Assembly: GCF_006345805.1 (NCBI RefSeq) | Contig: NC_043000.1 | Location: 88,350,001 to 88,414,000, forward strand | DNA: 64,000 nucleotides | Reading direction: 5' to 3' | From: Octopus sinensis | Taxonomy: Eukaryota | In this document: positions 52,870 through 64,000 of the stretch, piece after piece | Numbering within the stretch: the first letter of the stretch is position 1 | How the letters are laid out: each line of letters starts with the position of its first letter | Program-made: the position numbers and the translations under genes | Notes under the pieces: model-generated | Database searches by the model: none | Told to the model about the DNA's origin: nothing | The model's input: only the letters and a program-made list of their open reading frames with translations

Positions 52870-52944
52870 CATTAAAAAGAGATAGGTTTGCGAATGGAGC
52901 TAAATTGCTACTTCCCTTGTCACGTTCAGATAGGATAGTTGGAA
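52870..52944 (-). CDS. Candidate internal coding exon of an unidentified gene (75 nt, phase 1-1)
   Basis: Long polypyrimidine acceptor ...ttttttgttgtttttttttttcag|, donor AATG|gtatgt, and only one open frame: xPTILSERDKGSSNLAPFANLSLFN. It lies in non-repetitive sequence. Confidence 0.4.
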
Positions 52945-54778
52945 CTGAAAAAAAAAAACAACAAAAAATAAAATAAAATAAAGGATGAAATCCAAAACTT
53001 ATTTCAAAGAGCCTAAAGTTTGACATAAATGCACAAGTACACTGTCAAATCAGATTTGCATCGGTTATAACTAGTTGTTCAAAAGGAAGCTAAATTATTC
53101 TCCTTTGAATTACTATTTTTGCGATAGTTTAAACAGCTCAAAGCGCATAACAATGGAATATAGTAATACTTTTTGAGTGTAAGACTGTAATCTCTGTGAA
53201 CGAATCTACTGAAATATCAAAAACCTACACACGCACACAAACAAAAATGAGGAAGAATAACCTTTCCAGTGTAGGCAGAATATCAGGTGCTCTACAGTTG
53301 TCATCTCAGGTTTTTTTTTTTTAATCAGAAATAACAGCAGTATAGCAAGAAGACCAAATGTGAATTTGAAAGGTAAAATACTATATACGTAACACAAGTA
53401 GGCAGGGATACATTCTACCAAATAAATGTACATAGAACGCTGTTACTACTGTTGCTACACTTATAACATAGGCTTAAGATTTTCGTAATGTCTCGTAAAA
53501 TGGTAGTTTATGCTTCTTTATAAAGACGACCCCGAAAAGGGGAAAGATTACGCCGACTTTTGTTGGATATTACTAAGAATGTAATGTAACATAAACTAAA
53601 GACAGAAAAATCCTATTATCGACCGCCCCACTTTATCCAGCATTCGACTGCTTCTACCATCTTTACCAATCCATAAATTCTACCAATCCCTTTCCATTTT
53701 GTAAATAATAATATTGATTTCTTAAATAGGTACATGAGTTCACATCTTTGTGGGGATCGGTTAGTCGATTAGATCTACTCTTGACTAGTGTAAAAGTGGT
53801 TTTAAGCTTTTTGATTGCTTTACATATTGACCAGTAAATCTCCTTATCGCCCCTAGAGCGAACACACAGGCATATTTTAATTTTGAATGTAAAGAAACGG
53901 AACAAATACCACAAAACATTTTATTCGATGCTGTAATGATTCTACCAATCACCACCCATTACTTGTTAATGTTGTACATAACTTATTCAGGTGAGAAAAG
54001 ACAGTACCTATGTTGTTTGTAGGCCCCCACAGACTGCTGATATTGATATAGTTGATTTTGAGCATATTGGTCAATATATATGCGGTGAAAACATAGGCGA
54101 AACGATTTTCCAAAGGACTGCAGTTATGGTAGTAAGAAATGAGCGATGATGTTTTGAGTAGGATGTACGTCGTAAGACATAATATATGCGAGATCTATTA
54201 GAGCCGTGTGTACCAGATGCTTTCTTGGTGAAATAAATATTGCATTGTAGTAGTAATTTATATAAAGAGTGGAAGATGTGAGTTTGTGATATTGTGATTG
54301 AAGCATATTTGCGAGTTATACCCATCCATCCATCCAGCCATATTTTTATATATATGGAGAGAGAGAGAGGGAGATCTAAGGATCAAAGTGTAGGAAGTAA
54401 GTAAGCTTCGAACAGTCCGTAGAATGTATAAAAAAAACGACTTTCAGGAACAATAATGGTTTATTGACGAAGAAGGTTGTAAATGTTTCCCATACCGAAG
54501 TTTGTAAACTGAAAAAAGTTATTTTACAATTCACAGTTAGCAGCTGGGGTCGCTGAGTATGGGAATAAAAATTAAAATTTAGATCAAATCTTCAGCGAGT
54601 TAACATGGAATTCCTTAAGTACGATGTAACCTTCATTTCACTAAGGTATCTTATTGAAATAAAGTTCGTGAAGAGTAGCAGGCGGATTATTCCTCATTTG
54701 GGTAATTACTACTTCCGACGTTCCCCTAGCTATGAAACATGAGTAACCTGGATTTTATCTATTCCTTCTCCTGAATTT

Positions 54779-54826
<48 letters not shown>

Positions 54827-55899
54827 TATTCATTGCAGAGGCTCAAGCTCTAAATGAGGTCACTCTTTTCAAATTGCCGAAAGCATCGAGCAGCTGAATC
54901 CTCCTCCTCCTCCTCCTCATCATCATCATCATCAAGTAGCCCTGGCAGATGGGGATAGGGAGTAGATATTCTTGCTGATTCCTGTGAAGATATGTCAACT
55001 TCAAATATTTGCACTAATGTCCTTGATGCTGATAATAGTAAAATAAAAATCAAAATGCTTTTTTGTTTCCCTCCAAACACGCCAAATTTAGATATTTCTT
55101 CTTTCCATTTGTCCATTGCTGACAATAACCATACCCTGTGCAAATTTTGCATGAGATAGGAAGAGTCTATGGTTTACTGTGGTCTATAAGTTGTATTTTA
55201 AAGTGTTTAACATACACCATCTAGGTTTGGTATTTTCTTTTAGTGTGAGCGCTCTTCAAGAGAATAAAAATACATTTTGATAACCGCTGCACTATTTTCG
55301 AGTGAAACCCAAAGCATTTATCGAATGTGCAAACAGGATAAATATTTATATTAGATTCTCAATGTAGGCACATGGTGATAAATATTTACATGATATAGAC
55401 TTAAAACACCAGTTTATAGACATTATATTCTTGCATTAATTAGTTTTCCGGCATATATCTGGCAGCCGATGAGAGAAAATACTGAATATGTATATACTAC
55501 AGTACACTTGGCTGACATGATACATAGGTAAACAACTAAACCACTTGGGACAACTATTAAGGCTTTTATTTAGTGACTAATATCTTTGGATAAGAAGATA
55601 TTTCACTGAAATTTGTCATTCATATTATTTTAGTTTTGTCCCCAACTTTTTCGTTATTTAATTCCATCAATTTGTAAATCCAAAATAATAAGTAAACAAT
55701 GGCAGATAAACTCAAATAAAGTACAAATAACTCTTGTAAATTCAATTTCTTCCTTGTGTGAAAGAAGATGTCAGCACAACATGAAACATAATCCAAAATC
55801 AAAACAAACATGAAAGCAAAATGACACAATACTCAAATTTAAATATATTTTCTTCTCTTTGTTTATGTATATTGAAAACAAAACTAAAATTTATCACTC

Positions 55900-58350
55900 T
55901 GTTGGATAAAATAATCTTATCATATAAGTTATAAATAGGAAAAATCTCGTCCGTTGAATAGATTTAAACATTTTCAAGTATTAAGACATAAAAATCAGAA
56001 TGAGTTACAGGATAAAAACGTTAGTTGAATTCCTGTTTGAATACAGACATCGGAGATTTTATAAGCCGGAATATTAACGTAATAACTGCCTTAGTTTGAA
56101 ATTATTCATGAAAATGAGATCAAATGGAAAGTCATCAAAATTTAAATAAAGTGCAACTAGGTTCAGAACACAGGTAGCTTAAACATGTTAAATGGTACGC
56201 TACATCTACAAAACGAGAGACGATGACACGAAAATTAAGGTGTATTAGGAATCTGTATCTTAATTTTCAAGAATAAGTCCAACTTTCAAAACAGCAGAAA
56301 AACTTTCTGTAATTCTTAACCTGCGTCACCAGTGAGGTACAGGGTCTTGCAGATAAACTGAGACATTTTTTACAATGTGATTTGAATCACAGAGTACCTG
56401 TGATTCAAATAGCTTGTATTGTGTTTGTATGTGTTGTAAAGAAATTGGATCCCAATTAGCATAAATATTATCCATGGTGGATGTAATTTCATATCTGTAT
56501 GTTATATATATTATTTATTTTTATTTGCCAAACATAGTGATTCTTAGTCTTCTATGATTGATGTGACTGTCGCTGAGGTGCTGCATGTAACTCCTATTAG
56601 TTTTATTTTCTATATTCATGGGTTGTATTTGGTATTCTAGATGTTGCTTCTAAGAAGCAAGGCAGTAGATTTGGTAAATGTTATATTTAATTATTTCTAG
56701 AACCATTGGTGCTAGAGAGGAATATTAGTGTAACTGTGATTATAGAATTGTTTCTGTGAATTAATCTACGTATGAGGTGGTATGTATTTGTGAGGTACTT
56801 GTTGGGAAACTCTATAGGTTATGTTAAAGCATGTACATGAAAGAATAGAATTTCATTCGTGAAATTTGAAATTCTGGATATGTTAGCTTTATATGCTACA
56901 TAGGCTTGGAAAACTGAAAAGTAGTTCGGTAATCAGCGTTGTTTGTAATGGAATAGTGGAGAATAGGGTGGATAGTTGTGCTAATGTCGATGGTAACTGA
57001 CATATTGTGTGTGAATAGATGTATTATACAACCGTCGTATATCAACTTTGTGATAGATTTGTGAATAATTTCAATCATTTTTCCGACTTCGAAATGTGGA
57101 AGATGCCCGTTTGATATAACAATAAGCATTGCAAGGGTTTTCATTAGTGGGATAAATTTTTGTATGGTGATCTATTACTTGGAATTTCGGTGTGTTTCAG
57201 AACTATATTGATTCTGTCCAATTTCAAGATTCATAAAATCTTACAATATTCGAAAAGCAGTTATAAATATTTCTGAATGTAATGAGTAATTCAGACCTTA
57301 ACTGTTTTAGGACTATATATACAATTCTTTCACGCCCTGAGACTCTACAGCCTTAAGATTCACATTTAGATGAGAGTGTCTGATAGAAACAAGTGTGTAA
57401 ATGTGTAAATAGATATATATACTTTGCTTTGTATTCCAATATTTTTTCATGGAATTACTTTGCAAGAAATGTTCTATAATGACCTTTGCTTAGTGTAGAG
57501 GAGAACATATTTAAATGTGTTATTATGACGTGTAGTATATTGTGATTGTTATCGTTATTGCATTGATGTTTCTATTAGTTATATTTAGTGTTTCATTGCT
57601 TCTATTTGAGATTTACATTGGACATTAACATTTGCTATTTTTCTCTTTTTCTTCAGTTTATTTTTGTTGTTTCCTTGTTGAATTTACTGCTTCATTATAT
57701 TTCTGTTGTGTGTTGGGTATTGTGTCTGGTCATCAACTGACTTGATGGCCTACTATGGATAGTTTTGCATTTTACTTATGCCCTTAACCATTTTTAGGTT
57801 CTATATTTCTCTTATATGATTAATATTTTTCCATATTGCCTTGTAGGATTTATTTTTATGGACCAAAAGTTATTTCGATAAATATATGTATCAATGGTCA
57901 TTATAGTGGTTCTGTATCCTGCGAGCTTTGATTTCTTTTTACTGGTGAAATGGTTCTAGAATAATTTTGTAAGTTCGTAAAAGTGTCATTCCTTCTTCGT
58001 AGATTAAAATGCGAGCCTTTTGTGGTGATGATTAAGTAGTTAGAACAGCGTATTTTGCCATATTGTTTATAGATAGATATGTGAATTAGGGGATGGTATA
58101 CGTTGAATAGTTGTTGTAGGTAGATTCATGAGGTATGCATTATCTCGGGATAAAAAAGTGCATATTTGGGATGCTATTATGTCTGCACGCACGTTATCTG
58201 TATTCTGTATTGTGCTAGGAAGGACTATCTGTTTTCCTGAATTATTGATTCTAATCTCGACATTTTAAAGAATATTTAGGTGTTGCATGTTGAGCGTATT
58301 ACCTGGTAGAATGATTTATGTATTCAGTGAGGTTTTATATTTAGGTAAGG
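55900..58350 (-). mobile_element. Old APE-type LINE ORF2 remnant (RT region)
   Basis: A frame around 57150-57350 reads VSGRERIVYIVLKQLRSELLITFRNIYNCFSNIVRFYES*NWTESIVL...SPYKNLS, resembling the KAPGPDG..LKQL..P..W..IVL..NYRPISL pattern. Confidence 0.5.
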
Positions 58351-58474
58351 ATATAAATATGTATATATCCTTGTTTTTATTTTCTGAAGTTTTCACTAAT
58401 TGAGAAAGAGATGAATATATACAAATGTGTGTGAATGCATGTGCACAAGCAGCAAATGCAGATTTTCATCAGTT

Positions 58475-58902
58475 ACTCTTTTACTTGTTTCAGGCATGTG
58501 ACTGTGGCCAAGCTGGAGCACCGCCTTTAGTCGAGCAAATTCACCCCAGGACTTATTCTTTGTAAGCCTAGTACTTATTCTATCGGTCTCTTTTGTCGAA
58601 CCACTAACTTACGGGGACGTAAACGCACCAGCATCGGTTTTCAAGCGATGTTGGGGCGACAAACACAGACACAAAAACCACATACACAAAAACCACATAC
58701 ACACATAGATACACACATATATATATATACATATATACGACAGGCTTCTTTCACTTTCCATCTACCGAAATCACTCACAAGGCTTTGTTCGGCCCGCGGC
58801 TATAGTAGAAAACACTTGCCCAAAATGCCACGCAGTGGAACTGAACCCGGAACCATGTTGTTCGTAGGCAAGCTACTTACCACACAGCCACTCCTACGCC
58901 TA
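58475..58902 (-). mobile_element. SINE family 1, full length
   Basis: Matches the copies at 4495 and 40480. Confidence 0.9.
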
Positions 58903-58959
58903 CATAAATGTTTTTTTTCACTAATTGTTAATATTCGGTTGCCAGTTGATTTCAAATTA

Positions 58960-59220
58960 AATGAGGCTTAGTTTGCTTTCTCTATCCCAGATCATTAAGT
59001 CTGTCTGTTGAGTTTGCATTTTGTGGAAGACAAATCCTTAAACAAGTATTCTTTCCAATTATATGTGATTAAACAACCAACTGTTTCATTGTTGCTTCTT
59101 ATATTTGTATCCTAAAGATAATCCTTTCTCCAGATTTCATTATATAATGTTCTAGCTACAATGCTATGTTTCAAACGTAGGTAACATCTTGAGCTGCTCA
59201 ATGCTCTATGAACACTATAA
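58960..59220 (-). mobile_element. REL-type LINE endonuclease-region fragment
   Basis: YLRLKHSIVARTLYNEIW and a frameshifted KCK(H)NRxDLMIWDRESK. Confidence 0.55.
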
Positions 59221-59224
59221 AAGT

Positions 59225-59858
59225 TGTAAGACGTGATATGGGCGGGGACTAGAATGCCATCACTAGTAGGAAGTGACGTAGGCACTTTGAGGGTGACGGC
59301 TTGCAAACACGATCTTCTTTCTCAGCAGGACCTTAGGTTTAATTTAGATGGCAATGTGAGGCTGCTGGAGACTGTATTCAAACCCTGGCTAGAGAGGGTT
59401 GCTGCTGGAAGGCCATGTGTGTGTAGCAGCAGGTTTCGTCTCCTTCCCATACCTCTGAAAGAGCCAAAGGTAAATGTTTTGGAATTTCTACGACTTCACC
59501 AGCCCAAATTTCTGGAGTCCAAATTCCTCTAGTTGTAATCCCATGGATTACAATGTGTGGGGCGTGGTCGAAAAAGACACCAACCACTGTGCTCGCAACA
59601 CTAAGACCGAGCTAGTTGCCCAGACCAAGGAGGCGTTCGAAGATTTTCGCAGGACTCAGTGAGGAGGAGCGCATGCATTAGGTCCCGCATCCTTTTTGAG
59701 GGCGTGGTGGAAACTGAGATCGGCTACTTCCATTAAACGGTTATCTCTCAGCCATAATCTACTTCATACTTTTGATTGTTTTATATACTTTTATTTCTGG
59801 ATGTGATATTGTGATTTTAACTTTTTATGCAACCTATCAAATTTAGCCTGCACATATG
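59225..59858 (+). mobile_element. Tc1/mariner (maT/rosa-like) 3' part
   Basis: VFKPWLERVAAGRP and FWSPNSSSCNPMDYNVWGVVEK, with a TIR-like end at about 59830-59858. Confidence 0.8.
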
Positions 59859-59923
59859 TATATGTATGTATATGTTTGTGCGTGTGTATATACATACATA
59901 CATACATACATACACACACACAC

Positions 59924-60066
<143 letters not shown>

Positions 60067-60143
60067 TGCTATTAAGTTAGACATGGCCTGGACCAATCTC
60101 TGGTCGAAACATATCTAAGTTTTATATATATATATATATATAT

Positions 60144-60815
60144 ACTTAATCATACCAAAGTGAAATGGAAATTAATTAAAATTTCCATTTCCAGTGGCCT
60201 AACGTGTAAAAGTTTAGTCCAAAGACTATGTATTAGTCATAAAATACAGTGTACATTTAAACACATGAGGAATCCACTTGTGGGATTCAACAGGCTAGAA
60301 AGAACAGCTAGGTTCCATAACCATAAAATTAGGGATAAGGTTCGACAGGAACGAAATGAAAAAGGAAAAACATTTTACCATATAGTTTCCTGGACCAATT
60401 AGTTTCTGATTTTCGTTTAGCAAGTAAAATAACATATACTCGCTAGGTGAAATCGTCCTCAGCAGGAACACCTTGGGTTAAATATATAAACACGAGGCGA
60501 TCAAACTTTGTGCCTCTTGTTTATACATCCTACTTTTTCAAAATCTACTGCGGAGCCGCAGCCCTTCGCCGGCAATAAAAAATGCTAACTTTTAAAAACC
60601 GAAAAGTATCCAAAAACTTACAATACTTAATCATATCAAAGGGAAATGGAAATTTTAATTAACATTTCCATTTCCAGTGGCCTAACGTGTAAAAATTTAG
60701 TCCAAAGACTATGTATTAGTCATAAAATACAGTGTACATTTCAACACATAAGGAATCCACTCGTGGGATTCAACTCGCTAGAAAGAACAGCTAGGTTCCA
60801 TAACCACAAAATTTA
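60144..60815 (-). mobile_element. Tandem Penelope-like terminal repeats flanking a hammerhead (retrozyme-like layout)
   Basis: About 185-bp direct repeats at about 60144-60328 and 60624-60812, with a ribozyme between them. The left end abuts (TA)n. Confidence 0.7.
60387..60468 (-). ncRNA. Type I hammerhead ribozyme, near-canonical
   Basis: The - strand reads UUCCUG-CUGAGGA-C.GAUUU...UAGCGAGUA/UACUUGCUA...AAAUC.A-GAAA-CUAAUUGG-UC-CAGGAA: 6-bp stem I, C.A mismatch at the base of stem II, GUC triplet. Confidence 0.75.
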
Positions 60816-62439
60816 AAACAAGAAAATGAAGAATACCTTAAAACATTAATCATTTGAAGAATACAATAATATATCTTGCTGGAATGATTCTATTATTGTA
60901 TTAACCGAACTGAATGTTTATTATTGTGGTAAAGAACCGAACCGAAACTTTTATGAAGTGTAATCTACTTTGTTCCGGTACGTAAAATGATTATGGCTTC
61001 CTCCAAATGTGTCAACAGTCTATCATTCAAACGTTTATAATTAGAGTCACTTAAATACGAGACAGATATTTGCAAATAGATTGGTGCATCTCCAAATATT
61101 TAGTGAATATTTAGCAGGCCACAAATGTCATAGTATGTTTTAGTGTATCATTTAACTATTGACTCTTACCTGAATAGCATCGTAAGTAGGAAAAAAAAAC
61201 ATTATGAAAACGCAAAGTTTGAGTCTATCACGTGGGAAATTTTTATTGTTTTTGGTTTGGTAATTAATTTTGATGTCTTTAGTTGTGACATCGATTATTA
61301 CTTCCGTGGTTATACAAAATGGACTGATTGATGTCGCTGCAAGAACGTTTCGTCAACTAAAACATCAATAACTATTGTTGCCACTACTGCTGTTGATGTT
61401 ACCTCTACTGTTACAACTACTTATGCTAACACTACTAATTATACTAATAATACTATTACTACTAATGATACTTTCTTTTATTTTTATATGAGCATCAAAT
61501 GAGGGGGATTTTTTTCTGGAAAGAAAGGCAAAGAAGGAGATTGAAAAAAGGTATACATCAGTATACAAAATAAGTGAAAATACGCGAAGTACGGTAAAAA
61601 CTTCTTGAAGAGCCTGAAACCAGGGACAATAAAGGAAATTCAGATCCAGGATCATTCTGGCCTCAAAAGACGTAAGTGCGCACCCAGATGTTGTCATTCA
61701 GTCTACAGATAGTTTCTTACTAATCCGTTCTTACTAACCTGTTTCATTCTGACCCGTTCTGTCACAATCAACTACTCTTACAAAAGTTCGCTGGAAGAAT
61801 CACTGCCCTCTCACCCTCATTTTGAACTTGAAACGGTAATTGTGCACTTTACCCAAAGAGGAATGTACCTGTCTTTTATCCGTGAGCATCGTCCATTGTT
61901 CAACTACTTTTGCAATGATCATGAAACTAGGGACATTGCATGCCTTATCGAGTTGAAAGCGAGTGGTAAAGCAATCCTCACAATAAATTCGATCATAGCC
62001 GGTTTCGTTCTGTACATTGGTTCTCCTTCATTGGTTCTCAGGAGTGAGAGTTTGGTATTTGTAGGAGATGTACCTAACCTCTCCTTTTTAAAGCTCTTAC
62101 GTTGTTTTTTCACTGAGTCTTTCTTAGTATCCTTTAAGAAACCTGCTTATCTCCATCGGTACATGTTTGGTCTTTGTTTTCATACAATTGCGTTATCGTC
62201 GTCATTCGATTTCGGGGCTCCGGCATCGGACGCACTTCCCCTTCGTTTATATTCCCTACTGCTTTCAAATACCTGGATAGTCAGTTTCTGACCTGGTACA
62301 TCATCATAGAGAATGAAACAATCAGTAAGTAAGGAAGTAATTATTTTCATATTAATGTTTAGGATAATTTCAAACCAGAAGAACTAAAACTGTAAAGAAA
62401 ACTTTAATGAAAGAACATTTCTGTAAAACATATGAAATA

Positions 62440-62478
<39 letters not shown>

Positions 62479-62569
62479 CACTACTACTACTACTACTACT
62501 ACTTATAATAATAATAATAATAATAATAAACGTATCTGTCAATAATGATAATAATAATAATATAAACGT

Positions 62570-62999
62570 ATCTGTCAAAACCTACCAAAAACTGAGCAAA
62601 TATAAAGATCTTGAAATAGAAATCAGCAAAATGTGGAACCTGAAAACTAAAACAATACTTGTTGTCATAGGTGCCCTGGGAATGATAGCGAAAGGGGCTC
62701 ATTGCTACCTAACTCAGTTACCAGGAAACCCCAAAATGGCAGAAATTCAAAAGATAGTACTCATGGGAACTGCTCATATCCTACGCAAAATACTTTCTAT
62801 GTAATCTCAGGGTTTAAAACAAACATAATTTTCGTTTTTTTGGGGGGGGGGAGCATTCACTAGTACAACACCAAAAAACCCCCAAATATATGGCACACTA
62901 GGCATAACAACAACATGAACTTCCAACCTGTTGTCTCTTGAGGTCTCTGGGTGAGACTTGGAGCCAACTTGTACAAATGCAAAGCAAAAGTCAAACATA

Positions 63000-63052
<53 letters not shown>

Positions 63053-63084
63053 TAATAATAATAATAATAATAATAATAACAGTA

Positions 63085-63120
<36 letters not shown>
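62570..63120 (+). mobile_element. REL-type LINE 3' end with (AAT)n(GAT)n tail
   Basis: KLSKYKDLEIEISKMWNLKTKTILVVIGALG...IQKIVLMGTAHILRKILSM*, then a 3' UTR and the tail. An (AAT)n tract precedes it at about 62505-62560. Confidence 0.9.
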
Positions 63121-63122
<2 letters not shown>

Positions 63123-63902
63123 AATAATGGTATTTTTATTTTGATTAGAAAACAACAGCGGTATAGGTGTGAGGTTGAAATATGAACACTTGGAATGCGC
63201 ATTTCTTAAATCAGAAAAAGAATTACATAAATTCTATAAAACGAGCAACATAAAATAAAATATGAATGTGTATGAAATATTGTCCAAGGAAAAATAATCG
63301 TTGAGTAGATAAAGATCTTTATGTATTCTAATAATCCAGTAAATTTTTTTTTATGAATTTTTTTTGCCATCTTTGCTGTAAATGGAAAATTTTAAGGTTA
63401 TCAAGCTATAAATACGGAATCCATCTTATCAACATGGTAACTGAAATACATTTCTTTATGCCAATATATTATTATGTTCTAAGAAGAGCAGATGATTAAA
63501 ATGATAGAGGAAGGAATAAAAGTATTCTGTTCCCTTAACCCTTTACAAAGAACAACTACATGAGCGTGTCATACGTATCCACATATTTACCTTTAACACA
63601 CAAGTCTGGTACTGTAGAACATCTGTAACATATCTGTATAAAAATAATCTAATTTGAAACTATTTTAAGACTAAAAGGATAATTTTCAGCCATAATGCCC
63701 CACAGCACACACACTATTAGCATGGACACTTTTATAAACATTTTCTAAAGTTGCATAACAAGAAGGAATCAATATATATATATAATACTTGGTGTTGATA
63801 CTAACTGTCGACGTTCTAGAGACGACCACCCACGGGCATATGTAAATATTCTATACAAGACAAAATCGGTATACCACACTGGTTGCCATGCTACAATAAT
63901 AT

Positions 63903-64000
63903 ATTGGTTTCAAATTTTGGTAAATGGCCAGCAATTTAGGGAGAGAGGGCAAGTCGATTACATCGACTGCAGTGCTCAAGTGGTACTTATTCTATTGATC
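63903..64000 (-). mobile_element. SINE family 2, 3' part (runs off the window)
   Basis: attggtttcaaattttgg...agtcgattacatcgac...tggtacttattctattga. Confidence 0.8.

Noticed and set aside
53329-53372. 44-nt candidate exon on +
   Set aside because: It is not frame-preserving, has no compatible partner exon nearby, and conflicts with the stronger - strand candidate.
60075-60118. GACC-aatctct-GGTC-GAAAC-ATAT-C hammerhead half on +
   Set aside because: The CUGANGA core is missing (reads CCTGGA) and the cleavage-site pairing is broken, so it is a relic at best.

Overview
AT-rich, microsatellite-dense eukaryotic genomic DNA. The SINE families and repeat content look like an octopus or other coleoid cephalopod, which is an inference made without a database search. 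There is no intact protein-coding gene, rRNA, true tRNA or CRISPR array. The window is mostly decayed mobile DNA: Tc1/mariner, a hAT (Charlie/ZBED-like) remnant, REL-type LINE pieces nested in (AAT)n, APE-type LINE remnants, two main tRNA-derived SINE families plus a third SINE copy, non-autonomous Helitrons, foldback elements and many Penelope-like (PLE) terminal repeats. The main unannotated signal is RNA structure: six canonical or near-canonical type I hammerhead ribozymes can be folded by eye (156-246 -, 790-880 +, 3005-3073 +, 42832-42874 -, 45328-45381 +, 60387-60468 -), plus several variant or degraded cores. Most sit in PLE-like or retrozyme-like repeats that abut (TA)n tracts. One isolated 75-nt frame-preserving exon candidate (52870-52944, -) hints that the window may be intronic to an unidentified gene. 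Element boundaries were set by eye and are approximate unless exact motifs are quoted.
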